A stretch of 64,000 nt of DNA from Carcharhinus amblyrhynchos (lineage: Eukaryota). The position numbers were made by a program, and so were the translations under genes. Location: NCBI GenBank assembly GCA_965287045.1, contig OZ336889.1:45446001-45510000 (forward strand), given 5' to 3'. The notes under the pieces were generated by a model that was given only the letters and a program-made list of their open reading frames with translations, was not told the DNA's origin and searched no databases. This document shows, piece by piece, positions 1 through 11,615 of the stretch; the stretch's first letter is position 1, and every line of letters starts with the position of its first letter.

Positions 1-267
1 AAATTGCAATAACCGAATTGTTGCAGTTTAATTATGATTATCGGATACATAAATGTAAATTGATAAACAACGAGGATTCACTGAACACGGCAATGTTCCG
101 ATTGAAGACCCTTTTAAAAGAGCAACTGTTAAAACCCGAAGCTCCAGCCGCGGTGGCCATTTTCTTCAATTTCTGAAGTACGATCAATTTCTACTCTTTT
201 TGTCACATGAAAGAGATGAACCGAAATGAACAAACATTCGCAGCTGGGCCGACAGCAGTTTCTGAAT

Positions 268-590
268 TTACATACAGCTGGATCTGGAGACGGTTGTTTT
301 AAGTGGGTTTGCTAGAGCCTCGTGTTTGACCAGACAGGAGTAAAACTCGTGTGACTTCCAGTCTAAGGCTGACAGAGTCAGATAACTGCTCACACTGAAC
401 GTGTTGTCCGCCTCCTGCTGGACCCGACTGGTCTCAACCCCATTCCGCCTGACGATGCCATCTATAGTCCATTCAATCTCCGCAGCTCCCGGTTTAAAAC
501 CGCTCACCAAACACACCAGGGTCGCCGTGTTCTTCGCGGTGATTTGATCCGATGAAGGTGGGAGGAGGGAGACAGATGGTTTCTGCGGAC
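268..590 (-). CDS. IGLC: Ig light chain constant exon, cluster 1 (lambda-type CL)
   Basis: C1-set domain PQKPSVSLLPPSSDQITAKNTATLVCLVSGFKPG...W...YSCLVKHEALANPL...SSCM with a penultimate inter-chain Cys. Acceptor tttaaaacAG|GT at 591-592, phase 1, matches the J donor. The N-terminal part of the ORF-track protein is intron. Confidence 0.97.
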
Positions 591-2353
591 CTGTTTTAAA
601 AATAAAATAGGTTGAGTAGTGTTGGAGAATTGATTTGGTTGACGCATTATGATTTTCCAAAAAAAATCTAAATCCTGTCATTCATTAAATACAATAAATA
701 GATCCCTTTACTTTGTGTGTTTATCCGAGGAACGGTGAAGGAGGGAGATCGATGGGACATTTGGATCTAAAAAGCGAAGTTCACTTTTAATGACTGACTG
801 GGGTTGAACTGGAGTTGACTCTGTTCAATGTTATAGACAACAATTCAATACATGCGCTTTATATTTCGCAATGTGTCTCAGAACACCATTAATGACATCT
901 TGGCTCATAATACATTGTTGAAAATAACCCTGTTATCTTTAGCTGCCGTGTTTCCACATTGAGAATCTGCGTTGCCAGTTAAAATAAGAAATAGTATTAG
1001 AAAAGCTGAACAAAGATTAAATTTGCTCTATTGTGTTCCGATGGGAAGAAATGTTGATCAGTTTTACCTTCATGTTTTTACTCCTGAAATTTGATGTTAT
1101 AATCCTGAGCAGTGTAGTTACAGTTTCTCTGGCAGTTTCTCCCTGCGAGGTTCTCCCCTCTCGGCTCAGACGGTTTCAACTCCACACGGGAAGCTGACCG
1201 CGCTATCTGTACAGCAGTCCAGCGACGGGAAAGTGGCTCAAGGCCGTAGTTACAGCTTTTGGATTAGAATCAAACCAGGATCCTCGATTGTTGGACCTAA
1301 CTCACTAAGTGTTACAGTTTTGGAGGAAGTGCCGTCAGGCTACCGTCATTGTGCGAAATCAGATTAACCAGTGATCGTTCTCACTAACGTCTATGGGGAA
1401 AAAGTGGCCGCGCAGATCATTTTGCGGATCTCATTAACAAAGATATTACGGCAAACACTCTGATATGTTTCGGATACAAGCCACGAAATAAACGCAACTA
1501 CTTGTTAGTACGGGCTGTGTCCTTAAATGTGCGTCTTTTGTTTGAGAGGACGATGGAAGTCTTGACTTTGTGCAACAGTAACAATGGTGATCTCCGGACA
1601 GATAGGTTTACATTGAGGTTGACAGAAGTAGGAGTCGGGGGAATGTAAAATCTTTCATCGACCCAGCATCCACCGTGTTACACTTTGGGCCGAGTTGCAA
1701 TCCGCTCTCATACTGCTGGTATGGAGGCGCTATATTGATGCAACTTTCTGAGCGAGATTTAGAGCTAAGAGACAGTCTTACGAATTTAACTGCATAATTA
1801 GTGGAAGAGGTCAGTGTTAAATATGATGAACAGCATTACTATAGTGGAATTGTTACACTGGGTCACAATCTGCCTTCTCTGATTACGGGTCTCTGCCTCG
1901 AAATAAGCAACAAACTCAGATTAGATTTCAACAGCGGAAGTGATTGGAGATTCCTGTGGGGCGCATGCTCAATACACAGGACAATCTGGCAATGTGAATG
2001 TTGGAACACAATGATGAAATTTAATAATGTAACATGTTCACACAATGTTAGTTTTAAAAAGACTCTGCGCTGTCGTGAAACTTGGTCATGTTTCATTCAT
2101 TGCAGAGAAAACTAGGCTGTGATTCGCTGTTTTACTTACACCCCAGCATACGCTTCAGCGGAGAAGTACACAGGCCTAACTTACAGTGGCCGTGTGAATT
2201 CAAAGCTTTGTAATTAAACAATGTCCGATAGAAAGTGTTTCCTCATGAGCGGCCAATCATCCTGCACTGCCTGTTCAAATCAACATTCCGGATTGAACCG
2301 CAGTTCAAATCAAATCCGGGATATTCAATGTAGCAATAGTTCCAACTGAAAAT

Positions 2354-2620
2354 GGGCGGCACCATGGCACAGTGGTTTGCTTGTCTGCTTCACAGCGTCA
2401 GGCAACCGGGTTCGATTCCCGCCTAGGGTCACTGCCTGTGAGGAGTTTGCATGTTTTTCCCTGTGTCTACATTGGTTTTCTCCGGGTGCTCCGGTTTCCT
2501 TCCACTCGGAAAGGCTTGCTGGTTCGGTGCATTAACCCCAACAGGCGCTAAAGTGTGGCGACGTGGGGAATTTCAAGTAACTTCATAGCAGTGTAAACTT
2601 GTGACTAATTAATAAACTTG
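2354..2620 (+). mobile_element. tRNA-derived V-domain SINE in the J-C intron
   Basis: A box TGGCACAGTGG, B box GGTTCGATTCC, V-domain ggagtttgcatg...ctccgggtgctccggtttcc, tail cttgtgactaattaataaac. Confidence 0.85.
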
Positions 2621-3212
2621 AAAAGTTAGCAGGAGATCCTAATGCAGAGCGTTAGTTAGTTTGATTTACCGTCCATTTTTTGCCTTCCTGTTTCTCTTGC
2701 GATATTTGATGGGCTATTTATAAGGCGCTGTTTCTACGCGAGGTCCATCAGTTCAAGTAACTGGCGCAAGTGCTCATTATTTACTTGTGTCAACAGGCAC
2801 TGTGATTTGGTAAAGTCTTTAAGGAACGGGATTTTAAACCGTTGAGACCTTTATTGGCATTACCGGGGTCTACATGTTGCCTTTCTCTGCAAGGCCATTT
2901 GATGGCACATTAGGATTAAAGCGCTTTGTTCGTTCCGCTGATCTGATGATACAGGAATTTTGCGGCTTGTTGTTATTCTGCCTGAACTAAGACAACTCAA
3001 AGCAGACTGACAGATAGGTGAAAAAGCATTATCGAATTAGAAGGCGACAAATATTAACGTTATTTGCAGGGTCGCCTTGTATAGGTTAAATTGAATTCAT
3101 GGCTGTGTTGTTAAAAGAACATTTCAAAATATTCCAAATAAAAAACCAGGGAATGTTTTGTTTTGAACTGGACGCGAGTTTTGAACAATGGAACAGAAGG
3201 GAATTTACTCAC

Positions 3213-3560
3213 TGCCAACGCCCAGCTTGGTTCCGCCTCCGAAGTAGCCCAAGCTGTTTTTCCATATAGCACAGTAATACTCTGCGGTGTCGTCCGATTC
3301 AACTTGACCGATACTTAAAGTTCCCGTGCTGCCGGATACCGAACCTGAAAATCGGTCTGGAACTCCCGGGGCTCTGTTAGTGCTGCCTCCAGCCCAGTGA
3401 TAAAGCAGGTACCGGGGGGCATTTTCAGATTTCTGCTGGTACCAATATATGTTGCTGCTTCCTAAACTGGCGCCAGACAAGGTGCAACTTATTTGGACGG
3501 TTCCTCCGAGAGAAGTAGATTTCGAAGGCGGTTGACTGACTGTAATCGCCGCGTTAGAAA
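3213..3560 (-). CDS. IGLV: Germline-joined VJ exon, cluster 1
   Basis: 348 nt. Acceptor ttttctttcAG at 3561-3562. Translation AITVSQPPS...C TLSGASLGSSNIY WYQQK...YYC AIWKNSLGY FGGGTKLGVG. Donor A|GTGAGT at 3211-3212. V and J are contiguous and in frame, with no RSS. Confidence 0.97.
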
Positions 3561-3695
3561 CTGAAAGAAAAGAGATTCCAAATATTAATGTTAAGCTACT
3601 CAAATTAATTACAGAAAAAAGACGACTTTAGAAAAATCACCGAAGTAGTCCTCGGAAACGCGCATTTACATCGACCGGACGTTTTAAATACTCAC

Positions 3696-3744
3696 ATGCC
3701 AGGCCAAAAATGAACACAATGATCGCATGGACCCAGTCAGTCAT
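3696..3744 (-). CDS. IGLV: Leader exon, cluster 1
   Basis: MTDWVHAIIVFIFGLA+T|gtgagt (49 nt, phase 1). A 135-nt intron splices it in frame to give ...LAFSNA|AITV. Not in the ORF track. Confidence 0.93.
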
Positions 3745-3819
3745 TGTGAAAAGTCTGCCGAGGTACCTAGTTCTGCCAGTTATTTGACAAGATGGGCTAA
3801 CTGTCTGAATCGCTCTCTC

Positions 3820-3901
3820 TTTTAATAACCCCTGTCACCAAGAAGGTGTTCCCTTGTGTTGGAATGCAAATTCGTCTTTTCACCTCAACCAATCAGATTG
3901 G
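3820..3901 (-). promoter_or_regulatory. V promoter, cluster 1: TATA-like, octamer, double CCAAT
   Basis: TATTAAAA at ~3820-3827. ATTTGCAT on the coding strand (3864-3871), the light-chain orientation. CCAATCAGATTGG at 3889-3901. Confidence 0.85.
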
Positions 3902-4092
3902 CTCCTAAAACCTGTGACGGTGACTGTAATCTCCCGATTTCTGGCCATTGTTATTGCTGTTAACTTTTCTGCCTCAGAGCTGAAACTTTATTTACTTTCA
4001 ATGATTAAACTTGACTAAAACTTCAAAGCATTTCTCAAGTTTGTTTCATGAAAGGACATCGACGTGAAGCGTAAACTCTTTCCTTCTCCACA

Positions 4093-4216
4093 AATGTGGA
4101 GATGCCGCTGTTGGATTGGGTTGGGCACAGTAAGAAGTCTCACAACACCAGGTTAAAGTCAAACAGGTTTATTTGGTATCACCAGCTTTCGGAGCGCTGC
4201 TCCTTCATCAGGTGAG
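4093..4216 (-). mobile_element. Penelope-like terminal-repeat fragment with minimal hammerhead motif
   Basis: Minus strand cacCTGATGAaggagcagcgctccGAAAgct...aataaacctg. Flanked by an approximate direct repeat cttctccaca. Confidence 0.7.
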
Positions 4217-4527
4217 CCGCTCTTCTTCACAGAGGCTGTGTTGAGTATTTTTCACATTTTCTTGCTCCTGTTCTGGTCTTTGAATTTGTTGAACTGAACC
4301 TTCCAATGTCTTGAAAAGCTTACCATTATCATGGTTACTTCCGAATGTATTCCTGTAAATAGCGGGTCAAATGCAATCTATAAATATTGGTGATCAGTGA
4401 CATTGCAGTTTAGAACAAGAACAACGAATCAGGTAGGCAAATTACAAGATTTATCTTCCTGTAAGTGGATTGGAGTGCAGGAATAACACAATTTTGCTGT
4501 AGTTGTGTAAAACCTGGAAACGGTAGA

Positions 4528-4812
4528 GAAATCATAGAATCCCTAAATGCAGAGGAGGCCATTTCATCCATCGAAACTACGCTGACAATTCGAACCAGGC
4601 CCAGTTACCCTGCTAGTCCCGCTGATGCTGAGGGATAATTTTGCGTGACCGATTGAGTTAAGCTGCACATTTTTCTACTTTGAAGGAACAGCAAGCGAAA
4701 GCACAAGTAGACGCAGGGAGAATGTGAAAACGTCATACTTATAGTGACCCCAGTCCGCAATTGATCCTGAGTCTCTAGCACTTTAAGGCAGCAGTGCTAA
4801 CTACAATGCCAC
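4528..4812 (-). mobile_element. Decayed HE1-like SINE (tRNA head, V-domain, CR1-type tail); copies at ~26152-26437 and ~48591-48873
   Basis: Tail catagaatccc...ggaggccatt and head ggcagcagtgctaac...gccac on the + strand. Heavily diverged. Confidence 0.6.
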
Positions 4813-5350
4813 AGTGCACACCTGAGATAAACAATTTGCTTGCACGCTTAGGAAGGATATAATTTCATTAATTCCTCGGACACGGTGTTGCTATACGATG
4901 AGAGTCTGAGTCAGTTCGGTCACCACTCATTGAATTTTTAATGAGTTAAAGATTAGTTCATTTTATCATCAAATGCTCGTTGAAAAACAGTTAGTGCTGC
5001 AAAATGACAGGAACATAGTGTTAATTTGCGATGTTTTGAAATATTTAACGTTTTGCAACTTCATTAATTAACTTTATCGATATGTTACAATGACTACAGC
5101 TACTGTAGAACAGGCACAACAGAGTTGAATTAAGCGCAGACATTGTAGTGAAAATACAATTCCAAATTTTCACTGAATAACAAAGATAAATAACACAGCT
5201 GTAGGGAACACAAACACCGTGAAAAGTAAACATAAGTTTTGCTAAAGATTAAAAGCACAACTTAAAAGAAGAAAATACAGAAACATCATTCTCCCACCCT
5301 ACAGCTGTGAGTTTTTGCAGTGGAGATGTCGAGAGAGTCAAGGTATCAGT

Positions 5351-5935
5351 AAAACATAGAAACTAGAAGCAGGAGTAGGGAATTGCGCCCTTCGAGTTTG
5401 TTCCTCCATTCATTTTGACCATGGCTGATCATCCAATTCAATATCCTGTTGAATCCTGAATGGATCTCCCTTCCCCCATATCCCTGGATGCCTTTAGCCC
5501 CAAAAGCTATATCTAATATTTTAATAAAATCCGAGAACGTTTTGGCCTCAACTACATTCTGTGGTAGTGAATTCCACGCATTCACCACTCTGGGTGAAGA
5601 AATTTCTCCTCACCTCAGTTCTAAACGGTTTACCCCTTATCCTCAAACTATGACCCCCTCGTTCTGGACTCCGAAACCATCGGGAACATTCATTCTGAAT
5701 CTACCCTGCCTAACCCTGCTAGAATTTCGGAAGTTTTTATGAGATCTCCTCTCATTCTTCTAAACTCCAGTGAATATAATCCTCACCGACGTAGTCTGTC
5801 CTCGTACGACAGACTCCTTCCCAGGAATCATCCTGCTAAACCATCGCTTTACCCCTCTACAACAAGGACGTCCTTCGTCAGATAGGGACACCAAAACTGC
5901 ACACAATACTCCATGTGTACTCTCACCGTCGCCGT
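5351..5935 (-). mobile_element. CR1 LINE 3' fragment; copies at ~26977-27560 and ~49533-50125
   Basis: Degenerate ORF2 C-terminus (YCVQFW, VKRWFSRMIPG, VVNAWNSLPQNVVEAK) and a tail reading aaacatagaaactagaagcaggagtagg on the + strand. Confidence 0.9.
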
Positions 5936-6601
5936 TGTAGGGAAATTGAAGTTTAATTCTCAGTTTTAGATTAGTGTGCACACAATCGAAGTGTGTCAAC
6001 CCAACCTGGTGTTTTGCTGAATTCTGGGACACGAACGCATCACATGACTTGATCTTGGCATCACAGTCAAACTGGATATGGAATAAAGGACACACGATCT
6101 TAAGGCAGTAAAGTAAAACGTCAAGGTTGAACAATTATCTGTATGGAACTATCCACCTCCCCAGCAATTGAAATTATCAGCTCCATTCCTTAAATTCAAA
6201 GTCCTGCTGTCCAGGAAAAAGCAAATACTAAATCTTTCAGCCATGTTTATTGAATCAGTCTCGTTTAACTTCTGATGTTTAAGGGAAATCATTTTATTTC
6301 ACACCATGCAACATCTTTGACATTGTAAGTTTAGAATTATGGGCTATAATTGGCATTTGTAACTTTGTAGTTCTTTCAAATTTTAATATCTGTTAGTTGA
6401 ATGTATTGTGTTATATTTAACACGTCTAATCTCGTTCAAACATTAATATGTATTTTACAAAGAGTTGTGTGTAATTGCTGTAACTTTATATGTTTGGAAA
6501 TTATTGAACAAACTTAATATACTTATACCAAGAGCTGAAAGGTACAACACATGCATAATATTGAGAGTTCAATGTAATATCTGACCATGACAGCATTACC
6601 T

Positions 6602-6975
6602 GGAATGACAGGATGGTTACTGGGTGATAAGGGATACCGACTGAGGACACGGCTTATGATAAAATTCCACAAGACGAACGTGAAGCACCGGATAGTTACA
6701 ACCGTGCTCAGATAGCATCTCGTCAGGTGATGGTCAGGGTAATTGGCTTACTGAAGTGACGTTGGCTGGACAGGTCAGGTGGCATGTTACAGTATGCACC
6801 AGGAAACGTGACAAAGGTTTTTCTCGCATGTTCTCGATTGCAAAACTTTGCCCTCCAGCATACAGCGGGCATTCACCGCGAAGATGATTTGCCTACGGAA
6901 ATGGGGAAGCTGGACGAGGTCAACATGGAGCCTGATGGAGAGGCCGAGCTCCAGGTGACACAATGGCAGTTTTAA
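6602..6975 (+). mobile_element. PIF/Harbinger transposase relic (HARBI1-like, C-terminal DDE part)
   Basis: GWLLGDKGY..LM / YNRAQIASRQVMVRVIGLLK*RWLDRSGGMLQYAPGNVTKVFLAC..LQN resembles the Harbinger motifs LGDxGY, YNxxH, FGxLKxRF, LQYxP and LHN. Contains a frameshift and a stop. Confidence 0.85.
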
Positions 6976-7448
6976 ATCGCCTGGCAGCTGCTGCTTTTGG
7001 ACAATGAGCTGTTAAAATGATTAATTCGTATGTCCAAACACGCCCCTTGCAAAACTTGCATCCATTCCTTCCTTCCAGCCCTCCATCCCCCTTACCTCCT
7101 TGTCTACAAAAAGATTAGAAGTGTTTTCTTAAAGTAGAAAACAGATTGCATTTTTTATGCTTCTAACGTTATGAAATATATTTTATTGAAAAATGTTTGA
7201 AAAGTTCAGATAGTTATTTCAGATAAATGTGAACATGATTAAACTTATACAGTGATAAAATTATTATTGTCATTTGGTTAATAATCTTCTTTCATTAAAC
7301 TTAACAAAATGATTAAAATGATTTATTCAAACGTCAAACGTCAAAATGCAACATTCAAATGTTAGAATAATGGAATACTTTAAATAAACAATGCAGAAAT
7401 ATTAATCTTAAACAAATCGGAATAAACAATGAAAAATGGAACATGCCT

Positions 7449-8670
7449 CAGAACAAAGAACAAAAGAACAAAATCAGCCTGGGAAACAGGCCCTTCGGCC
7501 CAACGAGCCCACGCTGCCATCTCAACACCACCTCTCTGCCCATGACCCCTATCTAATGTTTTATGGCCATCCAGATTGAGGGAAAACTGATTTGGGGACA
7601 ATTTATTCCTGCCAATCAGCCTAACAGCACATCTTTGGGGTGTGGGAGGAAACCGGAGCACCCGGAGAAAACCCACGCAAGCACGGGGAGAATGCGCAAA
7701 CTCCCACAGACACTGGCCCAAATCCATGTGTCTGCACAGCAAACAGAGATAGTCACGGAGCTGTCGTCTTGCCCAGTATCTTGTCCAGTTTAAGCACACA
7801 CTAACGACATGAAGCACTGGGCCAATCTCGAACAACCAAAAGCAGCCCCAGTACGACCCATCGCGTGTATGCCCTCGTTGGACACGAGGTGGGCCGACTT
7901 AAAACCTGTGAATGAAAAGAGAAAAACATTATTATCATACTATACCCATTTACATTTCTAGGGACACCTCAATGCTAATAACCCTTATTTAAAGGTTCTC
8001 CTATATCCACCCATCTCCAACTCAGTCATGTGCCTGTCTAAGTTACTCTTAAAGGACTCTAGCGTGTTTGCCTCCACCACCTTACTTGGCAGAGCATTCC
8101 ATGCCCTCACTACCCTCTGTGTGAAAAACCTCCCTCTAATATCTGTGCTGTACCGCTCCCCCCTCACCTTAAGTCCATGGCCCCTTGTCCTACGTGACTC
8201 TATTATAGGAAATAGCTTACCTCTGTTTACTCTATCTATACCCTTCATAATCTTATATACCTCTATTAGATCCCCCCTCAGTCGGCGTCTTTCAAGAGAA
8301 AAGAGCCCCAATTTCTTCAATCTTTCCTCATACCCCAGTCCTTCCATACCAGGCAACATCCTGGTAAACCTCCTCTGCACTCTCTCCAGAGTCTCCACGT
8401 CCTTCTGGTAGTAAGGCGACCGGAACTGTACGCAGTACTCCAAATGCGGCCTAACCAACGTTCTGTCAACTGCAACATTAGACTCCCGCTCTTATATTCT
8501 ATACCCCTTCCTATAAAGGCTAACATACCATAGGCTTTCTTCACCACACTCTCCACTTGCACTGCCACTTTCAAAGACTTGTGCACTTGCACCCCGAGGT
8601 CTCGCTGCGACTCTATACTCCTTACAGGCTTACCCTTTATCATATAATTTCCCCCTACATTATTCCGGCC
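7449..8670 (-). mobile_element. 5'-truncated CR1 LINE with V-SINE domain between ORF2 stop and 3' tail
   Basis: ORF2 end (QRDLGVQVH, RPHLEYCVQF, FFTQRVVRAWNALP, stop at 7985). V-domain at ~7610-7710. CR1 stem ggcccttcggccc and (agaacaa)n tail at 7449-7500. Confidence 0.9.
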
Positions 8671-8893
8671 AGGAGACTTGTTAAGGTATAGGTAGGAGTG
8701 TTGGAGGGAGAGGAAACGCAGCGCCACCGGGGCCCCGCCCCGTCCATTGACGTCTTTTTCTGCATCCCTGCTGGAAGTGAATCTTGCCCACAGGCAAATG
8801 TATCTGAACGGGGTGGCTACTGGCCTGGGTTGGATTGTTGTTGTTGCTGTCTGGATGGGTGAAATGGCTCCATTCTACACTATAGAGGTTCTG

Positions 8894-9021
8894 TGGACGG
8901 AATTGTGTGGCTGTGCTCTACTCAAAACTGAAAAATACTGCCGGAGGTGAACAGGTCTTTCCATTGCTCACTCCTCAACCACGAGGATTCTTGTGGCAGC
9001 GGGAAAGGGAAAATTCACCCC
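8894..9021. mobile_element. Possible short MITE with GGGCGGAATT-type TIRs; copies at ~30506-30633 and ~50459-50585
   Basis: ggacggaatt (gggcggaatt in unit 3) ... gaaaattcaccc imperfect terminal inverted repeats, ~127 bp apart. Confidence 0.4.
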
Positions 9022-11224
9022 TATGATCCCATGACTAAATAGTACTTTCACCAACTTGAAACCAGTAAAACATTTGTTCAACTTTACATATTAACTGATA
9101 TTCATATTCAATAATTGAAATAAATTTAACGAAATACGGGTTGAGTGAGCAATCTGTATGAACGATATAAAAGAAATAGCAATAAAAATGAAATGCAAAT
9201 ACGAACTTTTCTCAGAGCAGGGAGCCCTTTTCTAAGCAAAACTGCCTTTTGGAACCTGTATCTCAAAGGGCATTACTAGGCTGGCCGCAACATAAGGAAG
9301 TGTGGTTCAGGGATGTCTTGCAACACCATGGGCCTGGTCAGGTGACTTTGTTGCGTGTTCGAGCCTGCTGCATACATTGGTAGTATCGGCGCAGTTGGTC
9401 AGGAGACCTAACTGTGCAATTTGTTTCTATTTTGCCTGACCCTACATTGGCCATTGGAATTTATGGGACAAGGAAATTTTGGGCCCTTACTTGGTTTGAA
9501 AAATTTACCTGAACTTCCAATCAGAGCAGCATCCTCCCGCCTCAAAACCATCTCCTCAGGAACCAGCGCAACACAGGAGAGTCCTCACCAGGCCCCCTAA
9601 TGATGCGGGCAGACTTGGAACGCCCATTAAGGCCCAGTTTGGAATTTGCAATTTTACATTGAAAACGGGAGGATTTCCAAGCTGTTATAAAAGTATGTTT
9701 TTTGGAGGGGTTTATGACCATTTGAGGCTAAATCGATTAAGATAACCTAATTTAGAATGTATAGTGTGCAGAAAAGGTACAAAGTACCTGGAGTCACAAA
9801 GGTACAGTTTGCATAGAAACACATATAACCACTGTTCGAGATTATGAACATGCATTTGTGGATATTCTGTACACCTTGGCCAACTACAGAGCTGAGTAAA
9901 AAGAACCACATTCATTGAAAATATTACAGCCACTAAGTGAAATCGAAAATGACTCTCTAATCAGCGTGGGTCTCAGACAGTTCGGGCAATCCCAGACAGC
10001 CAAATGAATGGAATAATACAATTTTCCCATAAAAGATTTCCTTAGTAGACAGTGGGAAAGGAACTTTTGAACTCTGTGGACTTATGTATGTAGGGCTGTT
10101 AGGAGACAGTGGGCAAAGGTGCCCGGGCTGTATGGATCTATGTATTTTTATGCTATATGAGGGTTAAATGATACTGGCCGAATAATTCATACTAACATGA
10201 TTGGCTCATCCGGTTCGGATGAACAGAGTAGGTAGGCAGATGATTTCTGAAAAATGTGTAATTGTAATACTGCTAACAATGTAAATCAGAATAATTTGGG
10301 CTTCCACAAATAATTCTCCTACCCATGTTGACCACGCCTGGACAATAAAGAATGTCGTCAACCACAATAAGTGTCTCCGTGAGTCTTCATATTTGCTGAG
10401 CTGTAATTAATAAAGAGAAACCTCTCAAGTAAAAGCTAGCATAATAAATTGCTCTCTGAAAATGTTGAAGCATTTTTAATGTTTAATTATTTTACGTACT
10501 TGATGCTGTTGTTAAGAATTAATATTTTAATGTTTGAAAGTGAGCATTATTTAATGTAGAAACAGGTTGGATTAGTTTTCCTAAATTTGTGAAGGTACTA
10601 TTTAAATCAGCATTATATTAACATATAACTTTATGTATGGTCCGCATACAAATGTTCATATGTTTTACTTTATAATGTGCTAAGTCTGAGAAACAATTTC
10701 ATTCTGCATTATATTATTGTAAAAGTTGTATAAGTGTTCCTGTGTTTTAATTTGGAACATTGAAACTGTACATTTCATTGGGAAACTGAGATATCAGAGC
10801 TTCTCAGACTATGATTTGCATAAGGTTGAGCAAAACAGACTTCACGTTTTGGGCCTTGGAAAATCTAAACGTGTTCATCATTGGCATTCTTCTACCTTGC
10901 TCAATTGACTTTTAATTCTCATATTTAATTGTCCGGAGTGTTTTTACAAAGCGTTTGCGTCAAACCAAATTTAAATGTTTTGTTTCGTTCAATAAAATAT
11001 GAGTAGAATTTCATGGTTTAATAGAACACATTTATCAACAGAAGTAATATCATAGGTAGAAAACATTGCTATCACATTAATGTTGAACTAAACATTTGAC
11101 TTCAGTCGCTGCACTGACATGTTTAGTTGCCTCATCTTATCAGGTTTCTTATAAAATTTATGTTTCTAAAACAACCGTTAGTGAAATATTTCCTGCGCTC
11201 ACACAACAGTCTGTTGTCTCTAAA

Positions 11225-11615
11225 CAAGGAGGTGAGCAAGGGAAATGAACAGCGGTGGGGAGAGGAAGGAGAGGGAGTGTGAGGGGAGGGGAAGGGGAGG
11301 GGATATGGGGAGAGGTGACATTGGGAGGGTTAAAAGAGAGAGGATAAAAAGGAGTGGTAAAGATGGGGAGGAGGAAATAAGGAGGGGCAAATGGGGAGGG
11401 GGGACACGGGAAAGGTAAAACGGTAGGGGGAATGGTGAGGGAGAAATGAAGAGGTGAATGTGGGGAGGGGAAAATTGGGGAAGAGGAAAACAGAAGGGGG
11501 AAAGGGAGGAGGGCAAAAGGTGGATGGAGAAAACTGGAGTGAGAAAATGGTGAGCAGGAGAAGGAGGGAGCGGGAAAAGTGGGGAGTGGGATAAGGGAAA
11601 AAGAGAGAGGAGGCT
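11225..11615 (+). repeat. Polypurine G/A-rich low-complexity tract; copies at ~32838-33228 and ~52808-53172
   Basis: ~390 bp almost entirely G/A with many GGGG runs. It produces the spurious Pro/Leu/Ser-rich ORFs. Confidence 0.9.

Noticed and set aside
591-681. N-terminal extensions of the C and V ORFs in the track (MTGFRFF..., MSSLTLIFG...)
   Set aside because: Intron read-through. Canonical acceptors and a separate true leader exon are present.
2354-2425. tRNA-like A and B boxes
   Set aside because: SINE head, not a tRNA gene; it is followed by a V-domain and tail.
2566-2576. kappaB-like ggggaatttc in the J-C intron as an enhancer
   Set aside because: Lies within SINE sequence, and a short motif alone is not evidence.
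2799-2805. RSS heptamer CACTGTG in the J-C intron
   Set aside because: No convincing nonamer at 12 or 23 nt, no adjacent coding segment, and it is mutated in unit 3.
3270-3276. Cryptic heptamer TACTGTG at the FR3 end (V-replacement type)
   Set aside because: Explained by Tyr-Cys-Ala codons, no nonamer, and lost in cluster 2.
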